A stretch of 64,000 nucleotides of DNA, taken from NCBI GenBank assembly GCA_964016885.1, contig OZ024740.1, positions 219,976,001-220,040,000 on the forward strand, in the 5' to 3' direction. Source of the DNA: Eledone cirrhosa (Eukaryota). Both the position numbers and the translations under genes were made by a program. Shown in pieces: positions 51,523-64,000 of this stretch. Under the pieces are notes generated by a model, which did no database searches, had not been told where the DNA came from, and saw only the letters and a program-made list of their open reading frames with translations. How positions within the stretch are numbered: the stretch's first letter is position 1; each line of letters starts with the position of its first letter.

Positions 51523-53460
51523 TGCATTCATGCGTGTGTGTGTGTGTGTCTATCAAGTATTTTAGACTTTCTCAGTCTTATCTTGTGGGTGTAGTGGTTA
51601 TCAGTAGTAGTTGTTATTGTTATTTTATTGTAGGTAAGAATAATCAGAATGGTGCCGTGTTAATAATGGATTGTGTTATCTTGGAGTTTTACATTTTGTT
51701 TTACCATTAACAGCAGCTTTCTTTCAGCAATTAAGAACTGGTTGTATTTTGATATCAGGGTGTGTTATCTCTGAGTTAATTTTTGTATTATATCTTTCTA
51801 TTAATATATTTTCCATTTAAAAAAAAATTTACTGTTTAGTCAGGGAAGGAGAAGCAGTGCCTAAGAATCTTTGTAGAGCCTCTAAGATTGGTGGGAAAGA
51901 GTTCTCAAACCAATGATCAAGTCTGAATTCTTGGAACAAAATAAATCTCACTAAAGATATGCCCAAAAGCTAGGTAGTGGAGCTAAACTACTCTACCACC
52001 CAAGTAGACCATGGTTAATATTTCAGTTATGGAAGGGATAGGGGTTCTGTAACATCATTATGCCCTCAACTAGTCGTTTTTAAAACTACTTTTATTTTAA
52101 TTTCCATAATGTGATATATTGTTATGGCTCTCTGTTGTAAATACATCACCAGCCAGAGATAAGGTGTCATCCTTGTGTGTATGTCCCATGTAACAAAGAC
52201 TCAAAGTTGACAACAGTTGTGTTGACATTCAAATTTGTAAATTACAATGGTCATCTGGAGTTTGTTTAGTAATTTGCAGAGTTGTGTTTTGTTGTTGATA
52301 AGGATGTTCAAATTTTTTGTTGTTTTAGTTGATGTTTTGGGGTCCTTTTAAATTATATTTTTAATGGTAGATTGTTCTTCGGTACAGAACATGTTCTGTA
52401 ATTATCAGTTTTCAAATAAAATGTTCACTTGATCTATTAAATATGGTGAATGTAATACATATTTATGATATGGTTTGTTTGTTTTTAATGGATGTTGTAT
52501 CTAATGTGTTTACTGCATTGATTTTATCTCTGTATTGTTGTATATTACATGATTTCTACATAACATGGTCCACTATTGTTCTTGAGAGCATGGTCTACTT
52601 ACTTGTCAGTATTCCTGTTATTGATAAGTTTGCTATATTTAATTTCCTTTTGTAGTGCTTCAGAGAAATTCATGCTATTCTGTGTAGGTGTTTTTTTTTA
52701 CACTGATATTTTATACCTTAGTATATATTTACTTTCTCCATGCATACATACATAATATATTTGTATATCTAATATGAACAAGAGTTTGCTTTACTCCATT
52801 AATTTCTTCATTTGTGGTTGAGAAACTTAATCCTATTCTGAATAAAAAGTTTTAACACTGATAAGTCATATTTGTATATTACACCATTGGCAGCCTTTTA
52901 CATCCGGGTTTTCCATAGCGGCATTGATTGAACAGCTCATTACAGATTAAATCCATATATTATTAGAGATACCAATCTCCTAGACGGATCAAGGAGTCAT
53001 GTCTCACATACATGGTTACTATGGCTGGATGTCCTTCATAATGTAAACCCCTTTATATAGTGTACTCTGTTTTCTCAGTCTTTGATAAAGTAAAAACCTC
53101 CACTTCACTTAACAAATCTCATCAGGTTTTTTACTATTATATAAATTCTTAGAAGGAACAGGACAACTGTAGTACAGCTAAAGCCTATGCATGTTTAGCT
53201 AGCCACCTCAAAGCTGGGGTTTCTATGGGTGTTTCAATGAAAAGCAATGTGAAATGAAGTTTCTTGCTCAACAACTCAACACACTACCCAGTCAAGGAAT
53301 CAAACCTATGACCTAATGATCATGAGCAAAACATTCTAACCACTAGGCCACATGCTTTCACACCCCAATAAGAGTATATAAACTCATAAATATGGATATA
53401 TTTTCCTTTATTAGATTAACTCCTGCAAGAGTCATTAATTTAATAAATGTAAATATATTA

Positions 53461-54009
53461 AAAAAGTGCAGGGCGATCAAAATTGATGGTAGTTACGGAG
53501 TAGGTAGACCCAGAAAAACCTGGGATGATCTGATAAATTCCGACCTCACACACTTACATCTCTCTAAGACAATGTCTCTGGACCGAGATCTTTGGTGCTA
53601 CGCAGTAATACAGAAGACCCGCCTTGCCTATGTACAAAGCGAAACCTACAGTCAGTAGGCACCTCTTAACCAAATATACACCCCAATCCACTACCCTTAC
53701 CCTATCCTCCCACTTCCACCAACAGCACGAGAAAATGAGATCGAGATCGTGTCGGTGTCACGACAAAAAACACACACAGTCCACGCTGTAATGTGGCTGT
53801 GTAGGTAACACGGTAAAATGTTCCCAGTTCACACTGTAAATGTGGTTGGTGTTAGGAAGGGCATCCAGCCGTAGAAAACCTGCCAGATAGTCCTATATGA
53901 GCGAGACACGGTCACCCGACCAGCCTTGCCTCAAGTGGGACAATTCCCGTCTAACCCATGCTAGCGTGGAAAATGGACGTTAAACGAAGATGATCATGAT
54001 GATGATGAT
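53461..54009 (+). mobile_element. 5'-truncated copy of the same RTE LINE family (C-terminus and 3' UTR)
   Basis: KKCRAIKIDGSYGVGRPRKTWDDLINSDLTHLHLSKTMSLDRDLWCYAVI aligns with ORF 49166-49495; same tail ending (GAT)n. Confidence 0.88.
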
Positions 54010-54281
54010 ATCCATTCTACTTCATGTATTGAGTATTTTGCCACATATATATATAAGTGGAAGCTTAGTAAAATCGAAGCTTTGGCTGTGGGCAAGCAAA
54101 GTCGACCTACAATAGGAATGAGTTAGCAAAGCACTCAATATGGGTAGGAGGTCCTTAGAGTAATAACATACGTTTAAATAGCTTGACAAATTGAAGATTG
54201 CGGTAGGCAAAACCCAACCACACAATACCAAAGTAACGAAAGAACTAACAGGTTAAAAGACATACATATATATATATATAT

Positions 54282-54332
<51 letters not shown>

Positions 54333-55458
54333 TGGATGGAAAAAATAAGTTGTTCAAGTGGTTAAGATATTTGACTAACAGTACATCTTAAGTTAAAATC
54401 TACTACAAATCTATTTGTGTCACTGAGTATTTGGGCAACAAACATTATTACATAAGCAATAGTTTAGATTGCTATTGGAAATAGGAGCTCAATTTTCAAG
54501 CGTAGACATTTTGTCTGACAGACTAGCATATTATCCATGAGGAAAGTTATCAACCCATCTGAAAGTGGAACTTTTAAAATACCTTATTGTTCCCCCAAGA
54601 CATTTACAATGCTGGCTACCAGTAACTCAATGAAAACTGTATCATTAGATCAGTGGTACAAATTTAATGGTCTAGTTACTAATATATACAGTTACTAATA
54701 TATAACAGTGTCTGAATATATGAAACAAATACACACAGACACGCACACATACATACATATACAAACAAACATTACCCATACACATACATACTTGCACATG
54801 GTGGGTGTGTAGAAGAATCGGTAGGACATTAGACAAAATAAATTGTGGTATTTGTTTATACACTATCATGATCTGAGGTTCATATCACATCCAGGTCGGA
54901 ATTACTTTTCATCCATCCTCAGTAAATAAAATATGTAACAATCAATAAAATAAGTAGTTGACAATATCTAACTATACCTTAGAAGGTGGTGTCCTATTTT
55001 CACCAGTAAAATAAACCCCAAACAATATAAGAAAAAAATCACAAACACACACATATATATGCTAATATATGGATGTTCACACATGTAGACACTACATTAA
55101 CATATGTACTGTCACTCGTGTCATTTCAGTTTTTAAAAATATTGGGTATACCCAATCATATTTTCTTATAAATGTTTTAACTAATTCATGTACACAACTA
55201 ATTCATGTACACTTGATAGATGGGAAATAAATGAATGCAACAAAATATAGCTTTATTACTGGTTAAATAAGTAAACATAAACACCAATAATAGAGTGACG
55301 GAAAGCACATAAATAACATTTAGAATATTTGGTTTTATGTTTATATATATATATATATATGCTAGTGTGGAAGATGGACGTTAAATGATGGTGATATATA
55401 TATATATTTCCAACACTTGCTAGCAGGGAAGGGAGATATGATTATAATGATGATGATG

Positions 55459-55538
<80 letters not shown>

Positions 55539-57650
55539 AATGACATTTATTTTTTATTTGTTCTCTCAACTAAATGATATTAAGTTATTAGAGAATATGT
55601 TAAATAATAATCATAAAAACTAAACACCTCATTCTATAATTGTCACATCTATGTACCATGATGATGCATATCTATCTATCTCTTATAATACTGTTAGTAA
55701 ATAATACATTTATCCTTGATAGCATATAACTCTTGACAACCTATTGACAGTTACTAAACTAGTAGTGCAACTTACTCTACACTACTGCTGCACATGTTTG
55801 TAACTTACGTAGCTTCTTTGAAAAATAAAAATAAGTGCAAAATAATCAATAGAAAAAAACATGTTACCATAACACTTTAAGTGTGACAACATCCATACTC
55901 TCTTCTTCCTTTAGGAAGTTAAACCTAAATCCATTGGTAATTAATAGTAGTAAATGTAAACACTCCCATTCATATAGTTGTCAACTAGACTTTGCTTTTT
56001 AAATATCAATACTAGGCTGTGCCCCTTCTTGTTTTGTTGTTGCTTAGCTGACCAGATTTATCACTTATCAGAGTTCCTTGGAACAGGGAAACAAAGCATT
56101 AGGCAGACAGAGCCAGCTGTTTGTTATGTTATCAGACAGTCAGTAAGAAAGGAAACACTGGTCTTAACTCAGCCAATTGAATGGAAATACACTGACAAAG
56201 GAAAACAGTAAAGTCTATTTATTCGCTATCCTTACGTAATTTTAGTTACAACTATTTATTAACATTAGAAGAAATATAATAATAATCTTTTTAAAATATA
56301 TGTTAATTTTTTAGAGCTGAATATATTCAAAAGCACCTAGTTTAATCACAAGATAACAGAGAAAATGTTTATTTTGAGAAATGAATAAAACACATTGTAG
56401 TGTTTGCCACCCTCTAAACAACCCAGAAACATTTCAGTTCTATTCACTAACAAGAAAAACAGGTTTTAGTTTCATATAAGAAAAGAAACAAGTATATATA
56501 CTCATATGAATTGTAGATTCACCAAATGTTTAATATAGCTCTGTTTCAAAGATAATACCCTTCATTTTAGCCATTGATTTTAATATAATGCAAAAAAAAA
56601 AAAAAAATGATAATAAATAAACATAAAAGTAATTCAGGTGTTGATAAAGTAAAACCTAAATATAATTAAAATAAATGTAATTTCCTAAATATAATTAGAA
56701 GAAATGTAATTTAATCCATTGAGTCAGTGATGTCACACTAAGTATTTCATTTTTACATAGTTATTTTTAAGGTGCATGGTTGGTTATATAAACTGGTTGG
56801 TTATATAAACTTGAACTATTGTAATCTTCTTGTAGAGAACAACACTAAGATAACACCAATGAATTTATTTACAGTTACTATTGGTCTATAAATCAATGCA
56901 GCTGCAACAAGCTGAAAACAACCACTAGTATAAATTGTACATATGATATGGGCTACAATTTCAATCTCTAAAAATATCACACTAAGATAACTGTCACAGA
57001 AATGATAAATGTCACAATAAAAATTAAAATATCACAACCATGAAAGTTAACACACTGTTCTAGAACTTTGTTGTATTTTTGGGCTATTATGAAGATACTT
57101 TGCACAAAAAGGAAATAAAAATCCAGTATTAAATAAGATTCTCAATAATTATATTTTGTCCTCCTCCTCTCTCAATCGTTTCTATATTTCATCTGCCTGT
57201 CACCCACCTCATGGATTGTCTCTCTGCCGACCACTAGCCACTAATCTCTGTCCTCTAAGGTATTTTTACCCATTGCTATCATTGACAGCATTTGGCTGTT
57301 TTAACAGCTATTCTTGCATTGAGTTCTCTCATTTTCTATCAATTCAAATATACTCTAACTTTGTCTCAACCAGAGACAACAATGTTTATTCATTTATTAT
57401 TTTCTTTAAAGAAAAAATTTAAAAAAACCTCTTGCAAATGTTTTTCAACTTCAAATCCTCCCCCTTGCAACCCATTAAGACACTCTTCTAAGGAACCTTA
57501 TTTGCATACTATCCATTATTCTCTACTGACATTTCATACCAAGACGTCATTGGCTCTTATACTAGTAATACAATATTAACTAGTCTTAAAGGTACAGTTT
57601 CAATCAGAAACTCAATTTTACTATTAAAGTTTTCCCTAATCAGCATACTG

Positions 57651-57930
57651 GATGGAGATGTGTGGTCAAGTGGTAAGACTGTTGGACTTATGATCATAAT
57701 GTAGTGGGTTTGACTCCTGGACTGGGTTGCGTTGTGTTCTTGAGCAAAACATTTTATTTCACATTGCTCCAGTATACTCAGCTGAAAATGAGTACCAGCT
57801 ATAGCTGGGGGTTTAACCCTGTGATGGAGTGGCATCCTGTCCAAGGGAGAGTCTTGTATTCTCAGTTGTTTCATGCCACAGAAAGTGCAATAAGCACCAG
57901 TCTAATGAGCCTCTGGGCTAGAGACACCTA
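57651..57930 (+). mobile_element. SINE family B
   Basis: tggtcaagtggtaag...gggtttgactcctggactggg..gttgtgttcttgagcaaaac...cagctgaaaatgagtaccag...ggcatcctgtccaagggagagt. Confidence 0.78.
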
Positions 57931-58720
57931 GACTACTCAGTATACAAGAACTATTTCCCATGAAACGGAATAAAAAAATTAAAAAAGTGAAATTAGAATT
58001 ATCCACCTGCAACATTGAATTGTACTAGATTTATTAGTATAACTATTTACTGTATGTTTTAGACTATAAGAAGAAATGGTTTAAAAGACACACCTTTATT
58101 TTGAAGAAAAACGTTTGGGGGAAAATAGTTAATATACAGTTATAATTGTAAAAAATTTGGATATAATGTTTGCCCTTCCCCAAAAACTTGCTGGCCTTGT
58201 GACTTAATTAGCTATCATTATTACTATTATTACTTAAGTGGTTGATTTGGCCAAGTCAATAGAGCAATGGATATTTGCTCCGGTTATTTACGTTTGAGTT
58301 TAAATCCTGATGAGGTCAACAAAATAAAATAGCAATACTGGGGTCAATGCAATCAACTTTGTCTTCTCCCCAAATTTGTTGGCTTTGAGCCTAAATTAGA
58401 AATCATTGTTATTATCATCATCATTATTATATTCATACAGTCAGTGTATAAGATGGATGTAAATTTTGACATTAAATTTTGGAGTAAAAACATGTGTATT
58501 ATACACCAATAAATACAGTAAGTATCTATTACAATTTTCTTTATATTATGCCTAGTTATTTCACCTTTTCCAATATCAAAGACAAATATTACACACTTAT
58601 AGGTAAATAAATGAAAGACAAATGACTGTAAAATGATATAATCATAGGGAAATAGAGAACTAGTTAAATAATCAAATAATATTGATAAAGAAAAAATGTT
58701 TGTTATAAATCAAAACTTAC

Positions 58721-59175
58721 CTTCGGAGATGTTCAGGTATGATTTTCGACAAGAACTTTTATCTCTTTTTCGATGAACACGTCTAGCGTCACTAAGAGTT
58801 TGAGCAGAAGAGCTAGTATCTTCTGAGAAATCAGACACACTGTCTTGCAAGTTAGATCGTTTAGATATATCTTTATCTCGAGTCCGAAATCGTCTTCTCT
58901 CTAACTGTGTGTTGGCTTTATTAGCAAGAGTCTTCTGATATGAATAACATTCTTGAGCTTTATCCGTATCACTAGAGAAATCAGAGTTAATATACCGAGG
59001 AGAATTTGCTCCAAGTGTCCTCTCAGATGAAGATGTTGTTCTAAGAGAAGAGTTTTCTTGGTCTTTGTCTTGACTTTCTTTTGTTATGTAGTAGCTTTCT
59101 AGTTGAGAAACCTTATCACGATTTTCAGGGGTTACTGCTGTTTCTTTTTCTAAGTTTTCAGGTACATGGTTATTT
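58721..59175 (-). CDS. SVIL: Supervillin-like gene, coding exon A (455 nt, phase 2 to 1); not in the ORF track
   Basis: Acceptor ttttttttttccAG (59177-59176) and donor GTAAG (from 58720). Stop-free frame NNHVPENLEKETAVTPENRDKVSQLES...ERRRFRTRDKDISKRSNLQDSVSDFSEDTSSSAQTLSDARRVHRKRDKSSCRKSYLNISE. Exit phase matches the microexon at 37886. Assignment to this gene rests on phase chaining. Confidence 0.8.
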
Positions 59176-59939
59176 CTGGAAAAAAAAAAGCATAAATCAA
59201 AAAATTATAACTAACATATTTGTAGAATTTGAAAGACTTTAGAAAATGATAAATATCTTTCTAAAAATAGATCTATTTAAAATAAATACTCATGAAAAGC
59301 AGAAACAAATATCTTTAAATAACTTGTATCTTTAACCCTTTTGATACCAACTCACCCCAAACTGCCTCTAGTTCTATAAGACACAACCACAAATTTTTTA
59401 GGGTTCTTATTTAAACTAAAATCTTCCAACATAATTTTATATAAGAAACATATATTAAGCTACTATCTTAGTAATGAAATAATTACTAATTTTATTAATT
59501 TCTTCAAAACTTGGATTGTTGACTATATAACAAAGCATTATTGCTAATGTTCATTATCTTTCATGATATAAACCTTGCATCATTATGAGATAAATCCTAT
59601 TTTTAAGAGTCTAAAGTTAATTTTTATGTAATAAGTTCCATGGACATAGCAGAAATGTGGTATTTGATTTGACCTCTTACGTTCCAAGTTCAAATTCTGC
59701 CCAGATCCACTCTGCCTTTCATTCCTCTGATCATTCCTCTGGTCAATAAAATATGTACCAGTCAAAAAGATAAGTACATGTCCACCATGTAAATACATTA
59801 TGTTCCACTTTTTTTCTTTTTCTTTCTTTTTCATAGCACCCTTATATCCAAGTTTAATTATATTTTTGTATCTTTATATTTAAAAAATAACATCACTATT
59901 CAATATTCATGTTGAATCTTTGGCTCAACATTGATAACT

Positions 59940-60400
59940 GTGCCTTTTTTAGATACTAACTACCCTTTCTACAATAGCCTCTTCCACTCTGGAATTTTTA
60001 CTCTATGACTTCTCCCTCATATTTCTGTCAACTTCATCTTTCCACATTTTCACACCTATACATACCATTCTATACATCCAAAGCCTTACTGTTAAAAGCT
60101 GTTTTACCTTGGAACTTTCTTGCATTCCACATATGCCAACAGACTAAATATCTAAAGGCTCTTTTAAATACAGAAGCTCTTCTATTTATGGACATTCAAT
60201 TTATGAACTTTCAGAAATATGAAGCAAATTTTGAACACTGCAGTAGTTCAGAAGTTCAACTACTACACAATAGATAGCCTTACTCACTCAGCAATATTCT
60301 GTAATACAACACAAATTGCTGTGGTTCCTCTGAGATAACACAGTACTAATCATCAACATTGATGCAAGAGTTAGACTGATACAAGTAGCTAATCAACATG
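59940..60400 (-). mobile_element. Old RTE-like LINE C-terminal relic
   Basis: Minus-strand QLLTVRLWMYRMVCIGVKMWKDEV resembles the RTE LxxxEMWxYRRxLxIxWxDxV motif; heavily decayed. Confidence 0.4.
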
Positions 60401-61818
60401 GTGTGAAACAATACTTATTTCCATTATCATTGTTATGCTATTTATACATTAAGATATATCTGAGTATTATTGAGGAATGGTTGTACTGTACAAACCATTT
60501 TTTACAATTCCATGCACATTATTTAACATTGACATGTTGAACTTAAAAACATTTGAACTTATCAACAAACTCCAGAAACCTGTCCTGTACATGGTAATTT
60601 AACCTGCTAAAAATAACAACCAAATCTCCCTTCAATCATACCTTACACTTTTAAAAAAATGAATCACATATTGAACAATGTAATCCTAGATGTACAAAAA
60701 AAGTGGGGGTCACAGTTGGAATGCCTTTGATTATATGTCTGCTGGATCAAAGCTGACTGAAGACTAAACAACAACAAACAATCCTTAAATATACTAACTT
60801 CACTAGCCATGCCAATTCTCTGGTACAGAGAAGATTATATGGTGCTAGACAGTCTATGTCCTTCTTCTTTAAATAAACAAACTAACATATTACATCAATG
60901 GTAAATAATATCTCCATTGCTAATATAAATAAAACAACAAATAATAACATTAAAATTTGTCAAGCTAATATGTAAACTATTCTGACAAAAATATAAAAAG
61001 CAAAAGAGAAAATAGAAAATTTCTCATATCAAGTCATAGAGTAGGGAGGATAGAAAATATAGTTTGTTTGTGTATGTTTTAGGTGCAGACATGTGGTTAC
61101 TGAATCATGTGGTTTCAAGTTCAGTCCCACTGCCTGGAACCTTGAGAACATGAATTTGTTAGACTAAAACTGTACAACGTCTATTGTATCTCTCTCTCTC
61201 TCATTCTCTGTATGTGAGTATATATATATATATGTATATGTATATATAGTATATATATATATATGTATGTGTGAGTATATGAAGATATGTATTGGTATGT
61301 GTTTGTCTTATATCTTAGCTTTGCATTTCCTACCCCTAGTGCAAGCAATATTTGTTTATGTTCTGCATAAATAGAAGTCCTGCAGCTCAGTGCTTAAACA
61401 TACAAAAACCAAGTGATGGTTAGCATTAGAAAGAGCTCTAGCTATAGAATACTACCTCAAAAATGTTCATCCAACCCATACCAGCATAGAAAAAGAGATA
61501 TAAAAATCATGATGATAATAGTTTGTCATCATCACATAGAGCAATTTTTTTATCTTAAAATTTTCTATTTCAAATTAAGACATATAAACTAGTAAAGCAA
61601 AAATAAAATATTTAGTTTAATAAACTAATAACATCATCTAAATTAGAGAATGTTTTTAAAAAAGATAAACAAGAAGAAAATTAAATTTTCTCAATGTTGC
61701 AGATATTAATGGAAAAAATATATAAAACTTTGAGCTTAAATTCACAAGACTTCTGCAACCCTTGCAAGCTTCACATCTAACGTTATTATGATGATGCAAA
61801 TAGGAATGGTTAAATTCA

Positions 61819-61920
61819 TACTCTTAGGTCTCGAATAACCGTCATTGCCCCCTGACCCCTCCTTATTAATTTTTCAAAATTTTTCCAAACCCCTGCTCTT
61901 ATTCCAACTTCCCCACTTTT
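61819..61920 (+). mobile_element. Probable DNA transposon terminus (TA-starting TIR-like sequence)
   Basis: TActcttaggtctcgaataaccgtc...cccc..ttattaattttt..aatttttccaaacccc..cttattcc, a pattern typical of Tc1/mariner-like ends. The partner end was not found. Confidence 0.3.
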
Positions 61921-64000
61921 GCTAATCTATCTTCAACAAAATTGTATTTTAAGTGTTAGCATTCCTGCAATAATTAATTTTCTTTAGACATTAAAAAATA
62001 TACAAGACAATAAAAGTACTTTACTAGAAATCCCATATGTTATAAAATAAATAGGATGGGTTGGGGACTCAATATATAAACTAAAGGACTAATTCTGGTT
62101 TAAAAAAAAAAAACAACAAAAACAACATAGAAAAATTACTGGGTGATATACTTAATCTATTACCTGGTTTAACCCTGTCACCTGGCTTGTGTATCTTTAG
62201 TGGAGCACATGCTGTTGCTACATTTTGATCAAATCTCCTATACCTCCCTCCTTCTTTACCACCAATTTCAGATGCTATGAAGAAGGTAATGTCCTTCCTG
62301 TTCTCATTAAGCAGTAAAAAAAAAATTACTCTAGCCTCACTCCTACTACCCCCCCCCCCCCCACCCCCCCACCCCCCCACACAGCGAAACAGATTTATTT
62401 GATATACTTAGTTGTACTTATCTAGCACTGAACTCACCTTTGACACACATAAGCTGTCCAAAGTTATCAGGATATTTATTAGACAATGTGTTAGAAATAT
62501 TTCAGATATCAATACTAATGAATTATGTTTTCCAGGTGTTGCTGATTGGATAATTCTGAACCAGGAAGATTACCAAAAGATACTATTTTTCATTAAAATT
62601 CTCAGTGTCTTCCTCCACCATAAGCTAATCCCTCTTCTATCAGACATTTCACAAAACAAATTCTTCATAACACAATGTAACGTCAATGCAGTATCTGAGC
62701 AATGTAATAAAGTGTCATAGAATTTCAATGTTATTCTTCTATTTTTATTCACTGGTTTCAGTTGTAAGAATGCAGCCATGCTGGAGCACTGCACGTAATG
62801 ATTTAATCCATTATATTGACTCCAGTACTTATTTTTCAAGTATGGTCTTATTTTGTTAATCAATTTTTGTCAAAATGCTGAGTTACAGGTCTTAAGCAAC
62901 CAGTAAACACAGGTACACACACACATATACAATGAGCTTCCATGCAGTTTACATCAACCAAATTTCATTCACAAAGCAATGGTCAACTCGAGATTTTAGT
63001 AGAAGAAACTTGCCCTAGGACATTGGACAAAGAATTTTGTGGTATTTCTTCTGGCATTTTTTGTTCAGTGTTCAAATCCTGTGAAGGTCAACTTTGCCTT
63101 TCATCATTCCAGGTTTGATAAAATAAAATACCAGTCCACTAGTAGTACTTCGTTTAAGTAACTTTTCCCATACCCAAATCTGTTGGTCTTGGTGTCTAAA
63201 TTAGAAACCGTTATTATTTGCATGCAAACACAAATGTGTAAATGTTCTCTAAATATTGAAGAGCTTTTGAGGGACAGTGTTTAGTATTGGTTTCATGTCA
63301 TTAAGTGGTTGAACGCTAAATCTCTTCTGAATACAATGTTGGTCTAATGTATGTAACCTTAGATCCTCTGAAACCTATTTTTCAAAAGCAAGGTTGTATC
63401 AAGCAATGTCAAATAAAGTGTTCTGCCAAGAAATACAACACAATGCCAGCAGGGCATTCTAACTTGTGATCTTGTGATCAGGTAGTAGTCAAATACCTTT
63501 TTCATATCGACATCTTACCTCTCCATTTAGTATGAAAACAGAAACATCAGTGATAATTAAATTACAAACTCTAGTGACAAAAACGTCATTTTACATATTT
63601 AGACGTACAATTAGTATTTGCCTGTTTATTATATTTAAACTAAGGCGCACCATATTCCTGTGTGTCATAAGAGCTGACTAAAAGTGTTGGTGCCAAGAAG
63701 GGCATCCATCCGTAAAACATTCCCTAAAAAAAGATCACATGATGAGTGTAAAGACTATAGTGAGATCCCCAAGGTTAGTCCTTACTTTAGCAAGTGAAAT
63801 GGCCTTAAAATACTTATGTTTTATTTCTCATCAATAAACTAAATGAGTGTCTGATAAATAAAAACTGTGAATGCTTGCTGTTCTAAGTTATCCCCTAACA
63901 ATCTCATTATGAGTTGTTGTTCCTACCTACTGCTACTCTGATTACTATACTTCCCTTACACCAACCTACATTTAAACATCTGATCTCACCAGGATTTCTT

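Noticed and set aside
52080-52870. Possible Penelope C-terminal relic on the minus strand
   Set aside because: Composition is suggestive, but the motifs are too decayed to support a call without a profile search.
53090-53135. Minus-strand CTGATGA...GAAG with A/T-rich flanks
   Set aside because: No GAAA, no UH cleavage site and weak stems; compatible with chance.
62081-62863. ORFs of 97-102 aa near the window end as upstream exons
   Set aside because: Interrupted by a poly-C tract, no clean acceptor/donor pair and no recognisable motif; more likely decayed transposon sequence.

Overview
AT-rich, microsatellite- and SINE-dense animal genomic DNA. The repeat landscape resembles a cephalopod (Octopus-like) genome; this is an inference, not a database match. 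Most of the window lies inside one large minus-strand gene. Seven exons with canonical AG/GT sites and consistent phases (59175-58721, 37886-37861, 36820-33567, 27066-26929, 20196-19999, 16987-16238, 6959-6833; 4948 nt, about 1650 codons) splice into one open frame. It encodes the N-terminal region of a supervillin-like protein, with repeated R-x-[KRN]-T-[QL]-P-V-T and S-[VL]-x-x-[RK] motifs; the gelsolin/headpiece exons would lie beyond position 1. The gene has a 26-nt microexon and a 3.25-kb Thr/Ala-rich exon. The introns hold three tRNA-derived SINE families, RTE/CR1/Penelope relics, a pogo transposase relic, TTAA- and TA-type MITEs and two minisatellites. The most notable signal is a set of minimal hammerhead-ribozyme motifs of the Penelope/retrozyme type: a perfect 155-bp palindrome with a hammerhead on each strand (10415-10569), an intact one at 10856-10898, a CpG-decayed tandem pair 315 bp apart (3041-3490) and an extended-stem variant (50484-50565). 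Repeat boundaries are approximate and family names come from motif recognition by eye.
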